Shown: positions 53,547 through 64,000 of the stretch, in pieces
How the letters are laid out: every line of letters begins with the position of its first letter
How positions within the stretch are numbered: the stretch's first letter is position 1
NCBI GenBank assembly: GCA_003427395.1
Contig: BFEA01000015.1
Coordinates: 4,125,508 to 4,189,507, forward strand
Reading direction: 5' to 3'
Source of the DNA: Chara braunii
Lineage: Eukaryota > Plantae > Charophyceae
DNA length: 64,000 bases
Position numbers and translations under genes: made by a program
Notes under the pieces: model-generated
The model's database searches: none
Seen by the model: the letters and a program-made list of their open reading frames with translations, nothing else
What the model was told of the DNA's origin: nothing

Positions 53547-54090
53547 TTAACCGCCTCTTCCCCATCCCAGTCTCCTATCCTGCAAACCTCCATTACCCAC
53601 CCCTCCCGATCCCCGCCCAGCCAATCCTTGGAAAACTGTACTAATCGTTCACGGATGTCTCTGGCTCTATGGAGGATATCCAGTGATTGTTTAGTGGTCC
53701 TCCACCTGTGCGAGAGTTCCAGTTGGAAATGCGTTTTGAGTTGCTCCAACCTCTTTTCCCCTTCAATCCGCACCTTGTCTAAAGTAAGGACACAGCGTTG
53801 CCACCACAGGATCCACAAGAGCGTTCTACGTGACAGATGAAACATGTTTGTCACAAAGGTGTTATCTTGAAAGGGTGGGTAGTGCCCCATGAGGCTGGTC
53901 CGCCATTCCAACAGCCATGGATGCCTTGGGACCGTTTGTTGCCACACCCTATCCCACCATCGCCAAGTCAGGACTGCTGACGGGCATTCCAGGAATATAT
54001 GTTCTATTGTCTCTGGTCTCTTTCTGGCCGGGAATCCCAAAAGGCAACGAGAGCACCAGGGGAGCGCGCGGCCTTGTTGTCATTGACAGG

Positions 54091-54609
54091 TCCAGTTGAT
54101 GTAGCTAAGTGGTTAGAGCACCCGTTGGAAATGCGCATTGCGAGTTCAAAACCCTGCAGCCTTGCACATGGACACCGACAGGGCGTTAGATTGACACACG
54201 GCTGGACACACATCCCCTTGGGCTGACGCATGGTACTATTACAGACGCTGCCTGCGCACCACCCAAGGGTAGTTGCGGGTTTCATAGGGTTTGCTTGGGG
54301 TGTTGGTCTCGGGTGTTCTGATGTTCTCCCCAATCTGGCATATCACACGTTCGTTCCATTTCCGGTAGTTGCTCATACGATGGAGTCTTGGATTACATGT
54401 TACAAGGTTACGGGTTCGAGCTTGGTTGGGTCCTTGGGGGGGGTCCTTGTCCAACTTGCCCCGTTCTCTCCTCGTTACACACACATGATTCACAGAGTAC
54501 ACATAGCTCTCGGGCATACACGCATAGCTTGCGAATTATATTTCACCTATGGGTTACATACATAAGTTTCCACAAATGATACTGTCTACCTATACACAAA
54601 AAAAAAAAC
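54091..54609 (+). mobile_element. tRNA-derived SINE
   Basis: A box TAGCTAAGTGGTTAGAGC, B box GAGTTCAAAAC, A-tail near 54598-54608, candidate TSD ACAGGT; second copy at 56274; interrupts the LINE zinc-finger region. Confidence 0.8.
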
Positions 54610-55076
54610 AGGTTGGGGAGCTAGTCACTGGTGGAGTCTAGTGCCTGCGGTAGGTTCAGGTAGGTTGGATGGGGTGCCATTGGGTGCAGTTCCTACTGAC
54701 ATTCGGATAAAACTGTCTGGTGGTTATAGATGGGGCCTGTAGTTCATTGTCTGGGTCTGGCGTATGAAGTTCCCGTTCGACAAGGTTCGTCCGATTCCGC
54801 TTCCACCAGGGCTGGGCAATCTATCAGCCCTGGTGCCTATCACTGCTGTTCGGTCCAAGTTGCCTGCCTGTTGGTAGGGCAATGGTCCTGAGTGCTGGCC
54901 ACACTGAGGTTGGATAGTGGGATAGGGGGTGCGCTAGGAGTATTGACGTGAGGATGGGTTGGGAGGAGGTCTCATATTCCAGGACACCCGCGGCTCACAC
55001 TTCCAGGTGATCACTGCGCACACACTGACTGGCCTCTACAACACCCTGGACTTNNNNNNNNNNNNNNNNNNNNNNN

Positions 55077-55139
<63 letters not shown>

Positions 55140-55412
55140 ATCATTGACAGCTAAGGGAGATGTGTCGGTGGGACTTGGCCCCTGGAACCTAGTTTTCTTG
55201 CACCTTCAATTCATAGGGTTGTAGCTATAAAATATCAGTTATGGAGAGCTCCTATGTCTTTCCCAGAGGGTTGTGACCTCCCTTTCCAAACATGAGAGCT
55301 CCTCTTATCCGCTAGGCCAGCCCAATAACAGGCCCTCGCTGTTGTTTGACGAAAAGAAAAGAAAATTTGCCCGACACTACTCCCCTCAACCACACTTTAA
55401 CTGTAGATTCCA

Positions 55413-55578
55413 GGGGCCAAGTCCCACTGGCAACGTGGAGTTTCTGCAACGACTGAAGCTGGACGTGCTTGTGGAGATGTGCCACAATTGTGTTGAGTTT
55501 CATCAACCGCACATAGGCTCAAACACGTCCAGACTCAGGCGTTGAGGAAACTCCATGCTGGTAGTGGGACTTGGGCCC
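55413..55578. mobile_element. Palindromic MITE
   Basis: CCAAGTCCCACT...CTGGACGTG arm is inverted as CACGTCCAG...AGTGGGACTTGG. Confidence 0.65.
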
Positions 55579-56273
55579 GGCCTCAATTTGAACCTTCTAT
55601 AATGGAATGTTCTATGTTTTTGAAAAAAAAAATGAAATAAAATTTGCCCGACAGTACGTCTCATATAACTGTATAGAATATAGAAGGGCATTCTTTTCCA
55701 TTTTTCCCGAATCCTTTTTCCTTTTTCCCGAGGAGGAAGGAGGGAGGAATTTGAGCGGAGTACATATATGCATAAGTACAGAACGATGATCGGCGGCCAA
55801 TTCCCACTTAAAAAAAAAATAAAAAAATAAAGAATGACTCATGTCCATTGGTGGGGAGCTTTACCTGTTGAAAAACGGGTCCAGTGTCCCTTATAAAGGA
55901 GGCCGGACTACTCGAAAAATGAATCCGAGCCGGAACAGTTGCTCTATGCCAATTTACCAAGAAGTAGCAGAAAAGTTGATCTACGACCTTTACATAAGAA
56001 GTAGCAGCATAATCCAGTAGCGACCATAGAGGGGAGAGGGGGGGGGGAGTAAAATTTGAAGAAAAAGGAGAGCAGAGGCTAACGAACCGAATGGGGAATG
56101 CGATCCCAAAGAAGATCAGAGTAGAAGAGACTATTCAAGTTGTTATCTGAGAAATCGGCCCATTCGAAGGGCAATGACCATTTATTCTGAAACACAGTCT
56201 TAGCTATGTCTGGTGATGCCGAGCTTTTGTTGATCTTGATCCAGTCCGCCATTATGTCTAAAGCTTTTTGGTG

Positions 56274-56405
56274 TCCAGTTGATGTAGCTCAGTGGTTAGA
56301 GCACGGGTTGGAAATGCGCATTGATGTATAAGGTTGCGGGTTCAAGACTCCGCAGCCTTGCACATGGACACCGGCAGGGCATTAGAATGATGCACGGCTG
56401 GATAC
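56274..56405 (+). mobile_element. tRNA-derived SINE head, cut off by a downstream insertion
   Basis: A box TAGCTCAGTGGTTAGAGC and B box GGTTCAAGAC; homology with 54091-54210 stops abruptly at TGTGACGCCC. Confidence 0.75.
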
Positions 56406-59400
56406 TGTGACGCCCAAACCTCACACCCAACGCGACTTCCTGTTTTGGAGTGTTAGTGGGCCTGGAAGTGCGAATAGTGGTGTGCCAAGGATTTTAGTAA
56501 AGTGGGGATGGAGTCCCAGGTCGGAACTGGAATCTTTTTTTCAGGGGTAGGAGTGCAAGAGTCTCATTTTGGCTCAGCATCGGGGCGATCACCGATCTCG
56601 CGGCCTGGGCTGGGGACGTATTTGATGCCAGTGTACAGGCGAAATGCTATGAGTATCTCTCTGAGAACGCATGTACCGCCGTCGGCCAATGCACGTCTTA
56701 GAGTCTGATGAGGACGGTTGTAGTCGGAGACTGTGTTCCCGAAGCTCTACGTCGGAGCGGGTTCGTCGGATAAACCCTGCTTCGCGATACTCGTTGTATT
56801 GCTGGCACTCCGGGCACGGTGTGCGGGGCCAGTAACGAGCTATGGGGTCCCACGGGACAACCGTTAGGTGATGATACGGGAGAAGGATATAATAGGGAGG
56901 AAAACAGATAGTAATTGCGACGAATCCTGAGGTTAGATAATAATGCCTATTGCGGGTGTCGGGATAGTCCGAAATTCGAGATTCCTGGTTTATGGCCCAC
57001 TGGAAATCGCCCCCGCACAGTGGATCGTTCTCAGTCTGACAGGGGTAATCAGGATTCCGTGAGTTCCGTCGTCGCCTACTAAGTTATTCCCTCTCCCAGT
57101 ACGTCGGATACTCTTAGTTCCTTAGGCTCTCGCGGTCGGTGACCCGGAAGGGAGTTTCCGCTGCCATATCCTACCCAATGGACGATAATTACATTCATTT
57201 TCTAACGAAGCGATATCACAGTTGGGCTTACGCAGACGCGCGTGTATGTTGCAGACTCCTCTGCCGGACTTGCTGTCATACACGGGTGCTTGCGCAGGCA
57301 GACTGCTCAGATCATATCTTGTCGCGTAGATAAACCAGTGGTAGTCGCTTCTGTTCGTGCGTCGGTCTATCCCGTATGCATGCAATTATCCTTCTCATGC
57401 GACCATCATCATTCCAAGTGAGATCCAATCATTACATACGTGTCCATACCATCATGCAGCAAAAAAGTGATTGTCCAACATTAAGGACCAATACCTCAGA
57501 TCATTCTTGTAATCATGCATGAACTAAGAGCAAACAAAACTGGAAATCAGAAACAACTCGAGAAAGGAGATACGAGTTCGTTCATCAGCATGCATACATA
57601 CATACAAAATAAAGAATTTGAGATGATTGACAAAGAGATCCGAAACCGCCGCAACAAAGTTGGCGAACGTTGGAGTCAAAATTTCACAGAAGGTGGGAAG
57701 AAAGGCATTGTTCCACCATATCCCCGTTCCTCTCTCTCTCTCTCTCTCTGCACCCTTCTAGTGTGGGCAGTCCATCGCCCCAAACCTTCAAACCATACAG
57801 AGTCGTCACCCCGCTTGGCCCGAGCATGCAAGCCAGGCTCGCCCGCATGCCACAGTCCTTCGCGGTCATGCGTCAACCCCGCATACCCAGCATCAGCTCG
57901 GCGGGTCGTCCGACTCTCTACACACCGTCTTTCTGCTTGTTAGCCGATCCTCTCGACCACGCTAACTCCCGAGTAGATTAGAGAGTCAATTAATCATGCT
58001 TGCATAATTTATAGTTTGTACATCCGCGCGCAATGACCGGGATTGCCAGAGAGGAATAGGAGAAAGGAAGGAGGCAGTGCCTACGACTGCATGGCTGGGC
58101 CACGGCGTGGGGGACGTAGCCTCACTCCACGCTTTGATCCAATCATGCACCGATGTCGAGCGCGGCGGTCCCAATCCAGACGTAAAGTAATTTTTAGTAT
58201 GTCGGACCTCACGGTCGTATCACGCAGGAGTTTTAATAGAGTTGTTTCAGTCAAAAACCAACTCCGACCGTGCGCGCGTGCTATACCTCTCGCGACTCCC
58301 TACGACAGGTTAAGGATCCCACAAGGTACAACATACCTCCACCTGCGGGAGCTGTCACCATCCCTTAGGTGGGCGTATCCCTGCTGAGCTACTGACCTAC
58401 GTGCGAAGGTTTTTACATGCAATCGCAGAGGTAGGCCAGCCGAGGGCGTTTTCTCGATCGCCGTAGCATAGGTATACGCACGGTTGAACGCCTAAGACTG
58501 ACCCGTATACACGTCGGGCATCGGGGCGCTGATCTCCCGGACCGACTTATAATTCAGGTCGACTTGACTGACGAACGTATTATGCATACTACGTTTTGCC
58601 TATAAATCGTCTCTATAGGTATGACTCCCAACCTAAATCTTATCTGAAGCATGATCCCCTTAACTCTTGAATCATTAAGGGTTGCATATAAAACATATGC
58701 CCACATCGTATCTCTTTAAGAGAATCCCTTAACCATAACATACATACATGTGAAGTGAGACAAGGCTGAGAAATAAGGCGAGAAGATGTCTTTTACATTT
58801 TACACAAACTGAGGCAAACATCAGAATAAATGAAGCTTTAACTTTTGAAAGAGAAACACCCAATAGGCTATTGGCCTTTCAATCAAACATCATGACCAAA
58901 GGTAGACTCATGGCCTGTCAAATATGCATCAGAATAAAATAATAGGCTCATAGCCTTGCCAATTGTCCTAATCTATTCAGCATCAAGGAGTAGAGTCGAA
59001 ACATCCAAACCAAATGTATAAAGGTTACGAGTCGATGAAATGTCTGAGTCGAGGCTCAGTAGAAGTTCAGCAATTCGAGTTGAGTGAATAGCACTTGGTT
59101 GGTCGTCTTACTGACCTGCAGACAAAAGTCAATCACATTACACAATCCTAACAGAGTCAACCATTCATTCACTTTCACACACATCACACTTACGTTTTTC
59201 CAATCCTTTTAACCAGACATTCCCCTTTTCGACTTAGTCATTCAAGGACCTCTTTTGACCAAACACAGACCCTTTAGACAAATGACCCGAAACAGAAATG
59301 TCATTTAGTACAAAGGTTGATGCAAAGTGTGGGTGTAAGGGGTGAGTGAGGGTTGAGTTGGATAACCAACCTGTTACCATAAGGCAACAACATGTAGTCT

Positions 59401-59900
59401 TGTATAGACTCATAATGAGTCTCCTTGATTAAGATGACCTGCAATCACACACAGGTCACAGGGTCTCAATACCTCCCTCACTGTCGCTTTACACGAAGTT
59501 CAGCGATNTGAACTTCAATTTTATCGGTGGACTAAGGTATAGTNCGATCAAATGTAAGATGAAGTAAGAAGGCTCCGACCGAAGCCTTCACCTCATACTT
59601 ACTCAAGNAGTAGGACAACTCAGACATGAGTATCCTACCACTTGTTTTAGTCTAACTGGTTTAGACTTAGACAGACCATGGGATGACCCGCACAGGAGTA
59701 CCCCATTTCTAGTCTGTCAACCTAGCTATCTAAGATATGTACACATGTAGAGACGAGTAATAGGATGTTCCTCACCTAGAGCCTTATCTTGTCACTCGTC
59801 CTACATCCATACATCAATCTATCTGCACTCACACTTGCTCTAGGCCAGCGTGCACGAACCGAGGCAGTGGCTCTAACTAGGTAATGGGCTCACATGCACA
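56406..59900. mobile_element. Probable LTR or non-coding part of a large LTR retrotransposon
   Basis: Begins with an LTR-like TGTGACG exactly where the SINE is cut; no partner LTR, PBS or coding domain found; right boundary unknown. Confidence 0.45.
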
Positions 59901-60035
59901 TGTATGATTGTGTCAGCAATCAGACCAAAACAAACAGTGTAGGTAATGAAGTAAACACAAATAATAATAATAAATAATAATATAATAATAATAATAATAA
60001 TAATAAATAATAATAATAACAATAATAATAATAAT

Positions 60036-60075
<40 letters not shown>

Positions 60076-60819
60076 TAATGCAAGTAATATGAGTAAGTGC
60101 GGTACAGAGAGGACTAAGTTGCAATTAATCATGCAGAAGTCCAAATAGTCATGTAACTAGCAGAGCGCGGAAATGTACCAAGGTTTCATCCTCAGGTCAT
60201 AATAATGCAGTATACAATGAACCTGNGAGCCGATATTCAAACNNTCAGGCCACATTAATGCAGTATNCAANGTCACTTTTCTCTGTCAGGCGCCCAACCT
60301 ACACTACATGCCTATTTTACTNTCGCCGCATCCATNCANCATGCTTANTTATTCTTTGGAGACCGATGTACATGACGTCAATACTAATGCCGACCTCACA
60401 CAAACACGAGGTACGTACTTTGTCTCCCCTCACTGCCCTTGTCTGTTCATTTGTCCGTGTCTGTTTGTCTGTTTGTTGCTGCCTGTCGGTCTGTTAGTCT
60501 GTTTGTTTGTATGGTTATTGGTTTGTCAGTCTGTGCCCCTTTATCTGTTTGTATGCAGATACCCAGATAGTATTAGAACCAAGCGGAAGTCACACTGTAC
60601 ACAGTCCAGGCTTTTAGTAGAGAGTTAAATTGTATGACTGTGGGTAGGGGACCCTGGACCAGTCATCCTTGTCTGTTGCATAAGGCTGGGCCTCCGGGTG
60701 ATCAACATTCAGTCTTGCTATGTTGCCTTAACGTTGGCTTGACGCTGGCTATGCGNTGGTACTGGGGACGACGCGGGACTGTGGCAGCATGCTGGCGTTG
60801 TATATTCTGTGCGCCAGGC

Positions 60820-61800
60820 ATTGATGATGTGGCGCATCCAATTGATCCACATTGTTGATGTGGCGCATGCCATCANTCTATAGTGCTGAAGCGGCGCAGC
60901 CACCTGCCTACATTGCTGATGTGGCCCCTGCCACCCGTCTCTATTGCTGACGTGGTATTGCCACTAGTTTTAGCTGTTGTGGTGCTGACCACTTGTCTGC
61001 AAGGCTGATGTGGCGTTGCCACTGGTCTACATTGCTGTTGTAGTGCAGGTCACCTATTGCCACTGCTCCGGTGATGCTGCCGCCTGTCTCTTCCGTTGTC
61101 GTGACATTGGCCATGTTGTCTACCTGCGGCTGTGGCGCATGCCACCTGTCTCTACCGCTGATGTGGCATTGCCACTAGTTTCAGCTGCTGTGGCGCACGC
61201 CTTATGTCCGTCGTGCTGATGTGGTGCATCCCACTGATCTACATTGCTGTTGTAGTGCAGGTCACCTGTTGCCACTGTTGCGGTGATGCTGCCGCCTGTC
61301 TCTTCCGTTGTCGTGACATTGGCCATGCTGTCTACCTACGGTTGTGGCGCATGCCAACTGTCTCTACCGCTGATGTGGCATTGCCACTAGTTTCAGTTGT
61401 TGTGGCGCACGCCATATGTCCGCCGTGCTAATGTGGTGCATCCCACTAATCTACATTGCTGATGTCGCGCACGCCACCTGTCTACACTGTTGTAGTGGCG
61501 CAGGTCACGCTACCTACATGTTGATGCGGTGCAGGCCACTCGTTCATACTGTTGATGTGGCTTGCCACTGGTCTACACAGCTGCTGTGGCACTGCCGCCT
61601 ATCTGCTACTAACGCGGCATTGGCCATGTTGTCTACATGATGATGTGGCGCATGTCACTTGCCTATATTGTTGAGGTGGCATTGCCACGCTGTCTGCAGT
61701 GCTGAGGTGGCACCCCTCTTGTCTACATTGTTGTGACACTGCCGCTTGTCTGGTGCTGACGCGGCATTGGCCATGCTGTGTACGGCGCTCTTGTGGCTCA
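60820..61800. repeat. Degenerate satellite of about 30-bp GTGGC...GCCAC units with an approximately 210-bp higher-order repeat
   Basis: 61005-61215 is repeated at 61215-61430; the TGATGTGGCGCATGCCAC motif recurs. Confidence 0.85.
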
Positions 61801-61970
61801 TGCCATTCATCTACGCTGCCTTCTTCGTCTACTGGTTATGAGACATTGTATCACATATCACTTCCCCGGTTACGGAAGATACTGCACAGATCTGAGTCTA
61901 CCTGTAGTACAACACCTAACGAGTAGCTTTCTGACTGGGTTTTTCACAACAATCATCAACAGTAGTAGTA

Positions 61971-62025
<55 letters not shown>

Positions 62026-62949
62026 GATCACCATCAATGAGTGTGAACGGTATACAAAACCCAAGTTGCGAAATCACACAGATGTCGAAGTAGTCGTTTC
62101 CAAGCGGAGTATACAAATGCACCGAGAANCCATCCATATAGAGCAATACAATGAAGTAATNAGTNAATGTCCANGCCCGTAGGNCACACCAACATAGTAT
62201 CCAAAGTTNCTCTTTCTCTGTTTNTCTTGCTCTCTCTCTTGTTTGTTTATNTGTCTCTTTCTGTGTGTANGTTTGTCTATCTGTTCCTTTNTGTGTGTGT
62301 ATATGTTTGTCTGTTTCTTTCTATGTATGTACCTGTCTTTGCTTTTGTCTGTCTGTCTCCCCCTCTCTTTTCTTTACTTCCTCTCCCTTCGTTTTNTCCT
62401 TCTTCTCCCTCTTCTCTTTCTTCCACTTCTNCTTCTCCCTTTCTCTACATGTTTCCCCCCCTTTTCTTTGAGATGATGAAGTTCNANGAACTTTTCANAG
62501 CACCCCGACAGCAAAACCCCGAGACTACCGCGGTCCAGACACTTCACTGGACCATTCAATCGGTAGGAACAACAGGTGGTGTGTANAAAAGGCAGGGAAG
62601 TTAGCTATATGAGNCGATGGCTCATCCNCAAGGAATACGAGTGGGAATGATATACAGAGAGCCAAGTTGCGAAATGACACAGATTTCCAAGTAGTCATGT
62701 ACAAGCAGAGTGCGTGAATACACCGACANTGCACTTAAATAAGAGCAGTACAATAAAGTCATGAATCAATGTTCAAGCCCTTTGGCCATACCAATCANAG
62801 TATCCAATNNTGCTCTTTCTCAGTCNGNCGCCCAGCGCCCAGCCTGCTCTACCTGACTATCCTACCTACAGCTGGTTCANGCAACANGCTCACTTGGACT
62901 CTCGAAGGCCAACGTACNNGACTGTCAAAACCATAACCGACGTTTCTTC

Positions 62950-63516
62950 ATGTACCAGGTACGTATCTCATCACCCTCAATCAAACTTCGATGACCCCAT
63001 TCTCGCCTCCTTCCCTGAAACCACCAGATCGCCCGTCTTCTCCCTAATATATATATATATATAACTATGATTAAAAACATCATAATAATGATAGTAATAA
63101 TAATAATAATAATATAATAATAAATGAACGATAGCGAACTTTCTGAAACCAGGCAGCATCATACAAATGAGACCAGATGATCGTGACCCCGAACCGAAAG
63201 CAGAATTGCATCATGAGTTTCACCAAATAAGAAAACACCAAAAGCTCATAATTGACAATGCTAAAATAGTCTCACCATCATCATCAACGAAGATCCAATG
63301 TCGCTATCCTATCCGGCGCTTGGCGCCCAGACTACAGATGGCAGATCATATCTAGCCTAACCTACAATACAGATGATGACGTCAACAACTCCCCGAAATA
63401 CGAGCAGATCTCGGCCAATGTCGTTCACCTTAAGCACCAGGTATGTCTCTCGTATCACTCACAACCTCGTTCCCCCATACACAGATGCCACGTGTACCCA
63501 AGACTAACGTGCACCA

Positions 63517-63550
<34 letters not shown>

Positions 63551-63930
63551 CAAGAAAGATGGAAAATAGCGAACTTCAGCAATCAAACAGCATCATTTAC
63601 ACTAGGCCAGATAGTCGTGACCTCGATCCAACAACAAAATTGCATCACAAGTTTCACCAAATAAGAGCACAGCAAAAAAAACTCCTAATTGACAATGTTA
63701 GAATAGTTTCATCATCATCAACGAAGAATCAATGTTGGTATCCTACCAGGCGCTGGCATCCAGACTACAGATGGCGGATACTATCTAGTCTAGACTATAA
63801 TGTTGTTGTAGACGTCAACAGCTTCCCAAGTACGAGCTGATCTCGGCCAATGTCGTTCGCCTCATGCACCAGGTATGTCTCTCGTATCACTTACAACCTC
63901 GATCCCCAACTCACAGATGCCACAGGTACC
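62950..63930. repeat. About 430-480-bp tandem repeat containing (AAT)n
   Basis: ACCAGGTAYGT recurs at about 62954, 63436 and 63868; 63120-63500 is homologous to 63550-63930. Confidence 0.8.
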
Positions 63931-63940
63931 CATCTCTCTT

Positions 63941-64000
<60 letters not shown>

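Larger units (their letters stand above)
47881..55052 (-). mobile_element. L1/Tx1-like LINE 3' portion interrupted by three younger insertions
   Basis: Removing the insertions rejoins PWCSRC...ETIEHIFLECP...LWILWWQRC...RDYH...FKQWLSIDSAIPMRPAEDFPDPLPP (with frameshifts); 3' motif at 47909-48008; T-run at 47881-47905. Confidence 0.85.

Noticed and set aside
56695-56755. Hammerhead-like CTGATGAGGAC...GTCGGAGAC
   Set aside because: GAAA is replaced by GAGA, the closing pair of stem II is wrong, and there is no NUH triplet or stem III in the right place.
60820-61800. CRISPR-like array
   Set aside because: Eukaryotic context, degenerate repeats, spacers related to one another, no cas genes.

Overview
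Eukaryotic, gap-containing, almost entirely repeat-derived window with no intact host gene that I can support. The repeat landscape resembles a charophyte alga such as Chara, but that is inference only. Contents: (1) a full-length, stop-inactivated Ty3/gypsy chromovirus (4608-15139) inserted near the centre of a long palindromic hAT-like element, among related hAT-like MITEs; (2) a dense nest of L1/Tx1-like LINEs and short retroposons (24.7-56 kb), including a near full-length minus-strand LINE (31.7-41.3 kb); (3) TTAA-flanked DNA elements, a CACTA-like element, tRNA-headed SINEs and small foldback MITEs; (4) a probable LTR-derived, satellite-rich tail (56.4-64 kb). The most notable signal is an approximately 55-nt element found about 13 times, usually just before the poly(A) tails of otherwise different retroposons. 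It reads as a hairpin plus an H-type pseudoknot, optionally followed by another hairpin, and its pairings covary between copies. It is a candidate structured 3' recognition element shared by a LINE family and its passengers. All alignments and folds were done by eye.
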